Under the pieces are notes generated by a model, which did no database searches, was not told the DNA's origin, and saw nothing but the letters and a program-made list of their open reading frames with translations. A program made the translations under genes and the position numbers. This document shows positions 33,901 through 46,600 of a stretch of 64,000 nt of DNA, piece by piece. This DNA comes from Heterodontus francisci (Eukaryota), in NCBI RefSeq assembly GCF_036365525.1, contig NC_090389.1:78828179-78892178 (forward strand). The letters are read 5' to 3'. The number at the start of each line of letters is the position of its first letter. Position 1 is the stretch's first letter.

Positions 33901-36900
33901 CTCGTTCTCTCTCGCCCTCGTTCTCTCTCGCCCTCGTTCTCTCTCGCCCTCGTTCGCTCTCGCCCTCGTTCGCTCTCGCCCTCGTTCGCTCTCGCCCTCG
34001 TTCGCTCTCGCCCTCGTTCGCCCTCGTTCGCCCTCGTTCGCTCTCGTTCGCTCTCGTTCGCTCTCGTTCGCTCTCGCTCGCTCTCGCTCTCGTTCGCTCT
34101 CGTTCGCTCTCGTTCGCTCTCGTTCGCTCTCGCTCGCTCTCGCTCTCGTTCTCGCTCTCGCTCTCGTTCTCGCTCTCGCTCTCGCTCTCGCTCTCGCTCT
34201 CGTTCTCTCTCGCNNNNNNNNNNNNNNNNNNNNNNNNNNNNNNNNNNNNNNNNNNNNNNNNNNNNNNNNNNNNNNNNNNNNNNNNNNNNNNNNNNNNNNN
34301 NNNNNNNNNNNNNNNNNNNNNNNNNNNNNNNNNNNNNNNNNNNNNNNNNNNTCGCTCTCGTTCTCGCTCTCGTTCTCTCTCGCTCTCGCTCTCGTTCTCG
34401 CTCGCTCTCGCTCTCGCTCTCGCTCTCGTTCTCGTTCTCGCTCTCGTTCTCGCTCTCGTTCTCGCTCTCGTTCTCGTTCTCGCTCTCGTTCTCGCTCTCG
34501 TTCTCGCTCTCGCTCTCGCTCTCGCTCTCGTTCGCTCTCGTTCTCGTTCGCTCTCGTTCTCGTTCGCTCTCGCTCTCGCTCTCGCTCTCGCTCTCGCTCT
34601 CGCTCTCGCTCTCGCTCTCGCTCTCGCTCTCGCTCTCGTTCTCTCTCGCTCTCGTTCTCTCTCGCTCTCGTTCTCGCTCTCGCTCTCGTTCTCGCTCTCG
34701 CTCTCGTTCTGGCTCGCTTTCGCTCTCGCTCTCGTTCGCTCTCGCTCTCGTTCGCTCTCGTTCGCTCTCGTTCGCTCTCGCTCTCGTTCGCTCTCGCTCT
34801 CGTTCGCTCTCGCTCTCGCTCTCGCTCTCGCTCTCGCTCTCGCTCTCGCTCTCGCTCGCTCTCGTTCTCTCTCGCTCTCGTTCTCGCTCTCGCTCTCGTT
34901 CTCTCTCGCTCTCGTTCTCTCTCGCTCTCGTTCTCTCTCGCTCTCGTTCTCTCTCTCGCTCGTTCTCTCTCTCGCTCGTTCTCTCTCTCGCTCGTTCTCG
35001 CTCGTTCTCGCTCGCGCTCGTTCTCGTTCTCGCTCGCGCTCGTTCTCGCTCGCGCTCGTTCTCGCTCGCGCTCGTTCTCGTTCTCGCTCGCGCTCGTTCT
35101 CGTTCTCGCTCGCGCTCGTTCTCGCTCGCGCTCGTTCTCGCTCGCGCTCGTTCTCGCTCGCGCTCGTTCTCGCTCGCGCTCGTTCTCGCTCGCGCTCTCG
35201 CTCTCGCTCTCGCTCTCGCTCTCGTTCTCTCGCTCTCGCTCTCGTTCTCTCGCTCGCTCTCGTTCTCTCGCTCGCTCTCGCTCTCGTTCTCGCTCTCGTT
35301 CTCGCTCGCTCTCGCTCTCGCTCTCGTTCGCTCGCTCTCGTTCTCGTTCGCTCGCTCGCTCTCGTTCTCGTTCGCTCGCTCTCGTTCTCGTTCGCTCGCT
35401 CTCGCTCTCGTTCGCTCGCTCTCGCTCTCGTTCGCTCGCTCTCGCTCTCGTTCGCTCGCTCTCGCTCTCGTTCGCTCGCTCTCGCTCTCGTTCTCGCTCG
35501 CTCTCGCTCTCGTTCTCGCTCGCTCTCGCTCTCGTTCTCGCTCGCTCTCGCTCTCGTTCTCGCTCGCTCTCGCTCTCGTTCTCGCTCGCTCTCGCTCTCG
35601 CTCTCGCTCGCTCTCTCGCTCGCTCTCTCGCTCGCTCTCTCGCTCGCTCTCGTTCTCTCTCTCGTTCTCTCGCTCGCTCTCGTTCTCTCGCTCGCTCTCG
35701 TTCTCTCGCTCGCTCTCGTTCTCTCGCTCGCTCTCGTTCTCTCTCTCGTTCTCTCGCTCGCTCTCGTTCTCTCTCTCGTTCTCTCTCTCGTTCTCTCGCT
35801 CGCTCTCGTTCTCTCTCTCGTTCTCTCGCTCGCTCTCGTTCTCTCTCTCGTTCTCTCTCTCGTTCTCTCGCTCGTTCTCTCGCTCGTTCTCTCTCTCGTT
35901 CTCTCGCTCGTTCTCTCGCTCGCTCTCGTTCTCTCTCTCGTTCCCTCTCTCGTTCTCTTCTCTCGTTCTCGTTCTCTTCTCTCGTTCTCTTCTCTCGTTC
36001 TCTTCTCTCGTTCTCTTCTCTCGTTCTCTTCTCTCGTTCTCTTCTCTCGTTCTCTTCTCTCGGTTCTCTGGTTCTCTCTCTCGTTCTCATTCTCGCTCTC
36101 GCTCTCGCTCGTTCTCGCTCGCTCTCGTTCTCTCTCGCCCTCGTTCTCTCTCGCCCTCGTTCTCTCTCGCCCTCGTTCTCTCTCGCCCTCGTTCTCTCTC
36201 GCCCTCGTTCTCTCTCGCCCTCGTTCTCTCTCGCCCTCGTTCTCTCTCGCCCTCGTTCTCTCTCGCCCTCGTTCTCTCTCGCCCTCGTTCTCTCTCGCCC
36301 TCGTTCTCTCTCGCCCTCGTTCTCTCTCGCCCTCGTTCTCTCTCGCCCTCGTTCTCTCTCGCCCTCGTTCTCTCTCGCCCTCGTTCTCTCTCGCCCTCGT
36401 TCTCTCTCGCCCTCGTTCTCTCTCGCCCTCGTTCTCTCTCGCCCTCGTTCTCTCTCGCCCTCGTTCTCTCTCGCCCTCGTTCTCTCTCGCCCTCGTTCTC
36501 TCTCGCCCTCGTTCTCTCTCGCCCTCGTTCTCTCTCGCCCTCGTTCTCTCTCGCCCTCGCTCTCTCTCGCCCTCGCTCTCTCTCGCCCTCGCTCTCTCTC
36601 GCCCTCGCTCTCTCTCGCCCTCGCTCTCTCTCGCCCTCGCTCTCTCTCGCCCTCGCTCTCTCTCGCCCTCGCTCTCTCTCGCCCTCGCTCTCTCTCGCCC
36701 TCGCTCTCTCTCGCCCTCGCTCTCTCTCGCCCTCGCTCTCTCTCGCCCTCGCTCTCTCTCGCCCTCGCTCTCTCTCGCCCTCGCTCTCTCTCGCCCTCGC
36801 TCTCTCTCGCCCTCGCTCTCTCTCGCCCTCGCTCTCTCTCGCCCTCGCTCTCTCTCGCCCTCGCTCTCTCTCGCCCTCGCTCTCTCTCGCCCTCGCTCTC

Positions 36901-39900
36901 TCTCGCCCTCGCTCTCTCTCGCCCTCGCTCTCGCTCGCCCTCGCTCTCGCTCGCCCTCGCTCTCGCTCGCCCTCGCTCTCGCTCGCCCTCGCTCTCGCTC
37001 GCCCTCGCTCTCGCTCTCTCTCGCTCTCGTTCTCTCTCGCTCTCGCTCTCGCTCGCTCTCGCTCTCGCTCTCGCTCTCGCTCTCGCTCTCGCTCTCGCTC
37101 TCGTTCTCTCTCGCTCTCGTTCTCTCTCGCCCTCGTTCTCTCTCGCCCTCGTTCTCTCTCGCCCTCGTTCTCTCTCGCCCTCGTTCGCTCTCGCCCTCGT
37201 TCTCTCTCGCCCTCGTTCTCTCTCGCCCTCGTTCTCTCTCGCCCTCGTTCGCTCTCGCCCTCGTTCGCTCTCGCCCTCGTTCGCTCTCGCCCTCGTTCGC
37301 TCTCGCCCTCGTTCGCTCTCGCTCGCTCTCGTTCGCTCTCGCCCTCGTTCGCTCTCGCTCGCTCTCGCTCGCTCTCGTTCGCTCTCGTTCGCTCTCGCTC
37401 GCTCTCGCTCTCGTTCTCGCTCTCGNNNNNNNNNNNNNNNNNNNNNNNNNNNNNNNNNNNNNNNNNNNNNNNNNNNNNNNNNNNNNNNNNNNNNNNNNNN
37501 NNNNNNNNNNNNNNNNNNNNNNNNNNNNNNNNNNNNNNNNNNNNNNNNNNNNNNNNNNNNNNNNNNNNNNNNNNNNNNNNNNNNNNNNNNNNNNNNNNNN
37601 NNNNNNNNNNNNNNNNNNNNNNNNNNNNNNNNNNNNNNNNNNNNNNNNNNNNNNNNNNNNNNNNNNNNNNNNNNNNNNNNNNNNNNNNNNNNTCTCGTTC
37701 TCGCTCGCTCTCGCTCTCGCTCTCGCTCTCGTTCTCGCTCTCGCTCTCGCTCTCGCTCTCGTTCTCGCTCTCGTTCTCGCTCTCGTTCTCGCTCTCGCTC
37801 TCGCTCTCGCTCTCGTTCGCTCTCGTTCTCGTTCGCTCTCGCTCTCGCTCTCGCTCTCGCTCTCGCTCTCGCTCTCGCTCTCGTTCTCGTTCTCGTTCTC
37901 TCTCGCTCTCGTTCTCTCTCGCTCTCGTTCTCTCTCGCTCTCGTTCTCTCTCGCTCTCGTTCTCGCTCTCGCTCTCGTTCTCTCTCGCTCTCGTTCTCTC
38001 TCGCTCTCGTTCTCTCTCGCTCTCGTTCTCTCTCGCTCTCGTTCTCTCTCGCTCTCGTTCTCTCTCGCTCTCGTTCTCTCTCGCTCTCGTTCTCTCTCGC
38101 TCTCGTTCTCTCTCGCTCTCGCTCTCGTTCTCGCTCTCGCTCTCGTTCTGGCTCGCTTTCGCTCTCGCTCTCGTTCGCTCTCGCTCTCGTTCGCTCTCGC
38201 TCTCGTTCGCTCTCGCTCTCGTTCTCGCTCTCGTTCTCGCTCTCGTTCTCGCTCTCGTTCTCGCTCTCGCTCTCGCTCTCGCTCTCGTTCTCGCTCTCGC
38301 TCTCGTTCTCTCTCGCTCTCGTTCTCTCTCGCTCTCGTTCTCTCTCTCGCTCGTTCTCTCTCTCGCTCGTTCTCTCTCTCGCTCGTTCTCTCTCTCGCTC
38401 GTTCTCTCTCTCGCTCGTTCTCTCTCTCGCTCGTTCTCTCTCTCGCTCGTTCTCTCTCGCGCTCGTTCTCGCTCGCGCTCGTTCTCGCTCGCGCTCGTTC
38501 TCGCTCGCGCTCGTTCTCTCTCGCGCTCGTTCTCTCTCGCGCTCGTTCTCGTTCTCGCTCGCGCTCGTTCTCGCTCGCGCTCGTTCTCGCTCGCGCTCGT
38601 TCTCGCTCGCGCTCGTTCTCGCTCGCGCTCGTTCTCGCTCGCGCTCGTTCTCGCTCGCGCTCTCGCTCTCGCTCTCGCTCTCGCTCTCGCTCTCGCTCTC
38701 GCTCTCGCTCTCGTTCTCTCGCTCGCTCTCGTTCTCTCGCTCGCTCTCGTTCTCTCGCTCGCTCTCGTTCTCTCGCTCGCTCTCGCTCTCGTTCTCGCTC
38801 GCTCTCGCTCTCGTTCGCTCGCTCTCGCTCTCGTTCGCTCGCTCTCGCTCTCGTTCGCTCGCTCGCTCTCGTTCTCGTTCGCTCGCTCTCGTTCTCGTTC
38901 GCTCGCTCTCGTTCTCGTTCGCTCGCTCTCGCTCTCGCTCTCGCTCTCGCTCGCTCTCGCTCTCGCTCGCTCTCTCGCTCGCTCTCTCGCTCGCTCTCGT
39001 TCTCTCTCTTGTTCTCTCGCTCGCTCTTGTTCTCTCGCTCGCTCTCGTTCTCTCTCTCGTTCTCTCGCTCGCTCTCGTTCTCTCTCTCGTTCTCTCGCTC
39101 GCTCTCGTTCTCTCTCTCGTTCTCTCGCTCGCTCTCGTTCTCTCTCTCGTTCTCTCGCTCGCTCTCGTTCTCTCTCTCGTTCTCTCTCTCGTTCTCTCTC
39201 TCGTTCTCTCGCTCGCTCTCGTTCTCTCTCTCGTTCTCTCGCTCGCTCTCGTTCTCTCTCTCGTTCTCTTCTCTCGTTCTCTTCTCTCGTTCTCTTCTCT
39301 CGGTTCTCTTCTCTCGTTCTCTTCTCTCGGTTCTCTGGTTCTCTCTCTCGTTCTCATTCTCGGGTTTGCTCTCGTTCTCTCTGGTTTTTTCTCATTCTCT
39401 GGTTTGCTCTCGTTCTCTCTTGCTCTCGTTCTCTCTCTCGTTCTCTCGTTCTCTCTCTCGTTCTCGTGTTTGCTCTCGCTCGCTCTCTCTCGTTCTCTCT
39501 GGTTTTCTCTCTCGTTTCCTTTCGTTCTCGTTCTCTGGTTTGAAATCGTTCTGTCTCTCTCTCTCATTCTCTGGTTTGCTCTCATTCGCTCGCTTTCGTT
39601 CTCTAGTTCGCTTTCGTTCTCTTCGCTCTCGTTCTCATTCACGGGTTTGCTCTCGTTCGCTCACGCTCGTTCGCGCTCTCTCGTTCTCTCTGGTTTGCTC
39701 TCGTTCTCTCTCTCGTTCTCGGGTTTGCTCGCGTTCTCTCGCTCGCATTCTTTCGCTCGCTCTGCCTCGTTCTTTCGCTCGCTCGCTCTCGTTTGCTCTC
39801 GTTCCCTGGTTTGCTCTCTCTCTCGTTCTCTCATTCTTTCGTTCTCTCGTTTTCTCTCTCGTTTTCTCTCTCGTTTTCTCTCTCGTTTTCTCTCTCGTTT

Positions 39901-42900
39901 TCTCTCTCGTTTTCTCTCTCGTTTTCTCTCTCGTTTTCTCTCTCGTTTTCTCACATTTTCGTTCTTGCGTTCTCGTTCTCTCGCTCGCTCGCTCTCGTTT
40001 GCTCTCGTTCTCTGGTTCTCTCTCTCTCTCTTGTTCTCTCTCTCTCTGTTCTCTGGTTTTCTCTCGTTCTCTCTCTCTCTCTTTGGTTTTCTCTCGTTCT
40101 CGTTCTCGGGTTCGCTCGCTCTCGTTCGCTTTCTCTCGTTCTCTCTCTCTCTCTCTCTCTCTCGTTCTCTCTCTCTCTCTCGTTCTCTCTCTCTCTCGTG
40201 TTCTCTCTCTCTCTCGTGTTCTCTCTCTCTCTCGTGTTCTCTCTCTCTCTCGTGTTCTCTCTCTCTCTCGTGTTCTCTCTCTCTCTCTCGTGTTCTCTCT
40301 CTCTCTCGTGTTCTCTCTGGTTTTCTCTCAGGTTTTCTCTCTCGTTCTCGTTCTCTGGTTCTCTCTCGCTCTCGTTCTCTGGTTCTCTCTCGCTCTCGTT
40401 CTCTGGTTTTCTCTCGTTCTCTGGTTTTCTCTCTCGTTCTCTCTCTCGTTCTCGGGTTTGTTCTCGTTCTCGCTCTCTCTCTCGCTCTCTCTCTCGCTCT
40501 CTCTCTCGCTCTCTCTCTCGCTCTCTCTCTCGCTCTCGTTCTCTGGTTTTCTCTCATTCTCTCTCGCTTTCATTCTCTGGTTTTCTCTCGGTCCCTCTCT
40601 GTCTCGGTCCCTCTCTCTGTCTCGGTCCCTCTCTCTGTCTCGGTCCCTCTCTCTGTCTCGGTCCCTCTCTCTGTCTCGGTCCCTCTCTCTGTCTCGGTCC
40701 CTCTCTCTGTCTCGGTCCCTCTCTCTCTCTCGGTCCCTCTCTCGTTCTCGTTCTCGGGTTTGCTCTCGTTTGCTCGCTCTCGTTCTCTCTGGTTTTCTCT
40801 CATTCTCATTCTCTGGTTTGCTCTCGTTCTCTCTGGTTTTCTCTCTCGTTTTCTTTCGTTCTCGTTCTCTGGTTTGCTCTCGTTCTCGCGTTCGCTCGCT
40901 CGCATTCTTTCGCTCGCTCTGCATCGTTCTTTCGCTCGCTTGCTCTCGTTTGCTCTCGTTCTCTCTCTCTCTCGGTCCCTCGCTCTCTCGTTCTCGTGTT
41001 TGCTCTCGTTCACTCTCTCTCGTTCGCTCTGGTTTTCTCTCTGGTTTTCTCTCGTTCTCATTCTCTGGTTTGCTCTCGCTCTCGCTCTCTCGTTCTCTCT
41101 CTCGTTCTCTCATTCTCTGGTTTGCTCTTGTTCTCTCACTCGCTGTCGTTCTCTGGTTCGCTTTCGTTCTCGCTTTCGTTCTCGCTTTCGTTCTCGCTTT
41201 CGTTCTCGCTTTCGTTCTCGCTCTCGGGTTTGCTCTCGTTCTCTCTCTCGCGCTCGTTCTCTCTCTCGCGCTCGTTCTCTCTCTCGCGCTCGTTCTCTCT
41301 CTCGCGCTCGTTCTCTCTCTCGCGCTCGTTCTCTCTCTCGCGCTCGTTCGCTCTCGCGCTCGTTCGCTCTCGCGCTCGTTCGCTCTCGCGCTCGTTCGCT
41401 CTCGCGCTCGTTCTCTCTCTCGCGCTCGTTCTCTCTCTCGCGCTCGTTCGCTCTCTCGCGCTCGTTCGCTCTCTCGCGCTCGTTCGCTCTCTCGCGCTCG
41501 TTCGCTCTCTCGCGCTCGTTCGCTCTCTCGCGCTCGTTCGCTCTCTCGCGCTCGTTCGCTCTCTCGCGCTCGTTCGCTCTCTCGCGCTCGTTCGCTCTCT
41601 CGCGCTCGTTCGCTCTCTCTCTCTCGTTCGCTCTCTCTCGTTCGCTCTCTCTCTCTCGTTCTCTTCTCTCGTTCTCTTCTCTCGTTCTCTTCTCTCGTTC
41701 TCTTCTCTCGTTCTCGTGTTTGCTCTCGCTCGCTCTCTCTCTCGTTCTCGTGTTTGCTCTCGCTCGCTCTCTCTCGTTCTCTCTCTCTCTCTCGTTCTCT
41801 CTCTCTCGTTCTCTCTGGTTTTCTCTCGTTCTCATTCACTGGTTTGCTCTCGTTCTCTCTCTCATTCTCGGGTTTGCTCTCGTTTGCTCGCTCTTGTTCT
41901 CTCTGGTTTTCTCTCGTTCTCTCTCGCTCTCGTTCTCTCGTTCTCTCTCTCGTTCTCTCGTTCTCTCTCTCGTTCTCGTGTTTGCTCTCGCTCGCTCTCT
42001 CTCTCTCTCTCTCGTTCTCTCTCTCGTTCTCTCGTTCTCTCTCTCGTTCTCGTGTTTGCTCTCGCTCGCTCTCTCTCTCTCTCTCTCGTTCTCTCTCTCT
42101 CTCTCGTTCTCTCTCTCTCGTTCTCTCTGGTTTTCTCTCGTTCTCATTCACTGGTTTGCTCTCGTTCTCTCTCTCATTCTCGGGTTTGCTCTCGTTTGCT
42201 CGCTCTTGTTCTCTCTGGTTTTCTCTCTGGTTCTCTCTCTCTCGTGTTCTCTCTCTCTCGTGTTCTCTCTCTCTCGTGTTCTCTCTCTCTCGTGTTCTCT
42301 CTCTCTCGTGTTCTCTCTCTCTCGTGTTCTCTCTCTCTCGTGTTCTCTCTCTCTCGTGTTCTCTCTCTCTCGTGTTCTCTCTCTCTCGTGTTCTCTCTGG
42401 TTTTCTCTCTCGTTCTCGTTCTCTGGTTTTCTCTCTGGTTCTCTCTCGCTCTCGTTCTCGGGTTTTCTCTCGTTCTCTGGTTTTCTCTCTCTCGTTCTCT
42501 CTCTCGTTCTCGGGTTTTCTCTCGTTCTCGGGTTTGTTCTCGTTCTCTCTCTGGTTCTCTCTCTGCTTTTCTCTCTGCTTTTCTCTCTGCTTTTCTCTCT
42601 GCTTTTCTCTCTGCTTTTCTCTCTGCTTCTCTCTCTGCTTCTCTCTCTGCTTCTCTCTCTGCTTCTCTCTCTGCTTCTCTCTCTGCTTTTCTCTTGTTCT
42701 CGTTCTCTGGTTTTCTCTCGCTCTCGTTCTCTGGTTTTCTCTCGCTCTCGTTCTCTGGTTTCATTCTCTGGTTTTCTCTCGGTCCCTCTCTGTCTCGGTC
42801 CCTCTCTGTCTCGGTCCCTCTCTGTCTCGGTCCCTCTCTGTCTCGGTCCCTCTCTGTCTCGGTCCCTCTCTGTCTCGGTCCCTCTCTGTCTCGGTCCCTC

Positions 42901-43490
42901 TCTGTCTCGGTCCCTCTCTGTCTCGGTCCCTCTCTGTCTCGGTCCCTCTCTCTCTCTGTGTCCCCCTCTCTCTCGTTCTCGTGTTTGCTCTCGTTCGCTC
43001 TGGTTTTCTCTCTGGTTTTCTCTCGTTCTCATTCTCTGGTGTGCTCTCGCTCTCTCGTTCTCTCTCTCGTTCTCTCATTCTCTGGTTTGCTCTTGTTCTC
43101 TCACTCGCTTTCGTTCTCTGGTTCGCTTTCGTTCTCGCTCTCGCTCTCGTTCTCTCTCTCGCTCTCGTTCTCTCTCTCGCTCTCGTTCTCTCTCTCGCGC
43201 TCGTTCTCTCTCTCGCGCTCGTTCTCTCTCTCGCGCTCGTTCTCTCGCTCGCGCTCGTTCGCTCGCTCGCTCTCTTTCGCTCGCTCTCGTTCTTTCGCTC
43301 GCTCTCGTTCTTTCGCTCGCTCTCTCTCTCGTTCTCTCTCTCGTTCTCTCTCTCGTTCTCTCTCTCGTTCTCTCTCTCGTTTTCTCTCTCGTTTTCTCAC
43401 ATTTTCGTTCTTGCGTTCTCGTTCTTACGTTCTCGTTCTCGGGTTCGCTCGCTCTCGTTCGCTTTCTCTTGTTCGCTCTCTCTCTCTCTC

Positions 43491-43525
<35 letters not shown>

Positions 43526-43661
43526 CTCTCTCTCTCTCTCTTTCTGGTTTTCTCTCGTGTTCTCTCTCTCTCGTGTTCTCTCTCTCTCGTGTTCTCTCTC
43601 TCTCTCCTCTGGTTTTCTCACGTTCTCGTTCTCGGGTTCGCTCGCTCTCGTTCGCTTTCTC

Positions 43662-43698
<37 letters not shown>

Positions 43699-46600
43699 CT
43701 CTCTCTCTCTCTCTTTCTGGTTTTCTCTCGTTCTCTCTCTCTCGTTCTCTCTCTCTCTCTCGTGTTCTCTCTCTCTCTCGTGTTCTCTCTCTCTCTCGTG
43801 TTCTCTCTCTCTCTCGTGTTCTCTCTCTCTCTCGTGTTCTCTCTCTCTCGTGTTCTCTCTCTCTCGTGTTCTCTCTCTCTCGTGTTCTCTCTCTCTCGTG
43901 TTCTCTCTCTCTCGTGTTCTCTCTCTCTCATTCTCTCTCTCTCTCATTCTCTCTCTCTCTCTCGTGTTCTCTCTCTCTCTCGTGTTCTCTCTCTCTCTCG
44001 TTCTCTCTCTCTCTCTCGTTCTCTCTGGTTTTCTCTCAGGTTTTCTCTCTCGTTCTCGTTCTCTGGTTCTCTCTCGCTCTCTGTCTCTCTCTCGTTCTCT
44101 CTCTCGTTCTCGGGTTTGTTCTCGTTCTCTCTCTCGTTCTCTCTCTCGTTCTCTCTCTCGTTCTCTCTCTCGTTCTCTCTCTCGTTCTCTCTCTCGCTCT
44201 CGTTCTCTCGCTCTCGTGCTCTCGCTCTCGTTCTCGCTCTCGTTCTCGCTCTCGTTCTCTCTCGCTCTCGTTCTCTGGTTTTCTCTCATTCTCTCTCGCT
44301 TTCATTCTCTGGTTTTCTCTCGGTCCCTCTCTCTCTCTCGGTCCCTCTCTCTCTCTCGGTCCCTCTCTCTCTCTCGGTCCCTCTCTCTCTCGTTCTCGTG
44401 TTTGCTCTCGTTCACTCTCTCTCGTTCGCTCTGGTTTTCTCTCTGGTTTTCTCTCGTTCTCATTCTCTGGTTTGCTCTCGCTCTCGCTCTCTCGTTCTCT
44501 CTCTCGTTCTCTCATTCTCTGGTTTGCTCTTGTTCTCTCACTCGCTTTCGTTCTCTGGTTCGCTTTCGTTCTCGCTCTCGCTCTCGTTCTCTCTCTCGCT
44601 CTCGCTCTTGGGTTTGCGCTCGTTCTCTCTCTCGCGCTCGTTCTCTCGCTCGCGCTCGTTCTCTCGCTCGCGCTCGTTCTCTCTCTCGCGCTCGTTCTCT
44701 CGCTCGCGCTCGTTCTCTCGCTCGCTCTCGTTCTCTCTCTCTCGTTCTCTCTGGTTTTCTCTCGTTCTCATTCACTGGTTTGCTCTCGTTCTCTCTCTCA
44801 TTCTCGGGTTTGCTCTCGTTTGCTCGCTCTTGTTCTCTCTGGTTTTCTCTCTGGTTCTCTCTCTCTCGTGTTCTCTCTCTCTCGTGTTCTCTCTCTCTCG
44901 TGTTCTCTCTCTCTCGTGTTCTCTCTCTCTCGTGTTCTCTCTCTCTCGTGTTCTCTCTGGTTTTCTCTCTCGTTCTCGTTCTCTGGTTTTCTCTCTGGTT
45001 CTCTCTCGCTCTCGTTCTCGGGTTTTCTCTCGTTCTCGGGTTTTCTCTCGTTCTCTGGTTTTCTCTCTCTCGTTCTCTCTCTCGTTCTCGGGTTTTCTCT
45101 CGTTCTCGTTCTCGGGTTTGTTCTCGTTCTCTCTCTGGTTCTCTCTCTGGTTCTCTCTCTGGTTCTCTCTCTGCTTTTCTCTCTGCTTTTCTCTCTGCTT
45201 TTCTCTCTGCTTTTCTCTCTGCTTTTCTCTCTGCTTTTCTCTCTGCTTTTCTCTCTGCTTTTCTCTTGTTCTCGTTCTCTGGTTTTCTCTCGCTCTCGTT
45301 CTCTGGTTTTCTCTCGCTCTCGTTCTCTGGTTTCATTCTCTGGTTTTCTCTCGGTCCCTCTCTGTCTCGGTCCCTCTCTGTCTCGGTCCCTCTCTGTCTC
45401 GGTCCCTCTCTGTCTCGGTCCCTCTCTGTCTCGGTCCCTCTCTGTCTCGGTCCCTCTCTGTCTCGGTCCCTCTCTGTCTCGGTCCCTCTCTCTCTCTGTG
45501 TCCCCCTCTCTCTCGTTCTCGTGTTTGCTCTCGTTCGCTCTGGTTTTCTCTCTGGTTTTCTCTCGTTCTCATTCTCTGGTGTGCTCTCGCTCTCGCTCTC
45601 TCGTTCTCTCTCTCGTTCTCTCATTCTCTGGTTTGCTCTTGTTCTCTCACTCGCTTTCGTTCTCTGGTTCGCTTTCGTTCTCGTTCTCGTTCTCGCTCTC
45701 GCTCTCGTTCTCGCTCTCGCTCTCGTTCTCGCTCTCGCTCTCGTTCTCTCTCTCGCTCTCGTTCTCTCGCTCTCGTTCTCTCTCTCGCGCTCGTTCTCTC
45801 GCTCGCGCTCGCTCGCTCGCGCTCGCTCGCTCTCGTTCTTTCGCTCGCTCGCTCGCTCTCATTCGCTCGCTCTCGTTCTTTCGCTCGCTCTCGTTCTTTC
45901 GCTCGCTCTCGTTCTTTCGCTCGCTCTCGTTCTTTCGCTCGCTCTCGTTCTCTCTCTCGTTTTCTCTCTCGTTTTCTCACATTTTCGTTCTTGCGTTCTC
46001 GTTCTTACGTTCTCGTTCTCGGGTTCGCTCGCTCTCGTTCGCTTTCTCTCGTTCTCTCTCTCTCTCGTTCTCTCTCTCTCTCTCTCTCTCTCTCGTTCTC
46101 TCTCTCTCTCTCTTTCTGGTTTTCTCTCGTGTTCTCTCTCTCTCGTGTTCTCTCTCTCTCGTGTTCTCTCTCTCTCGTGTTCTCTCTCTCTCGTGTTCTC
46201 TCTCTCTCGTTCTCTCTCTCTCTCTCCTCTGGTTTTCTCACGTTCTCGTTCTCGGGTTCGCTCGCTCTCGTTCGCTTTCTCTCGTTCTCTCTCTCTCTCT
46301 CTCTCTCTCGTGTTCTCTCTCTCTCGTGTTCTCTCTCTCTCGTGTTCTCTCTCTCTCGTGTTCTCTCTCTCTCGTGTTCTCTCTCTCTCGTGTTCTCTCT
46401 CTCTCGTGTTCTCTCTCGTGTTCTCTCTCTCTCTCGTGTTCTCTCTCTCTCTCGTGTTCTCTCTCTCGCTCTCGCTCTCTCTCGTTCTCTCTGGTTTTCT
46501 CTCTGGTTTTCTCTCTGGTTTTCTCTCTGGTTTTCTCTCTGGTTTTCTCTCTGGTTTTCTCTCAGGTTTTCTCTCTCGTTCTCGTTCTCTGGTTCTCTCT

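Noticed and set aside
32060-37010. CRISPR-like regular array
   Set aside because: Head-to-tail tandem units with no unique spacers, in a vertebrate context.
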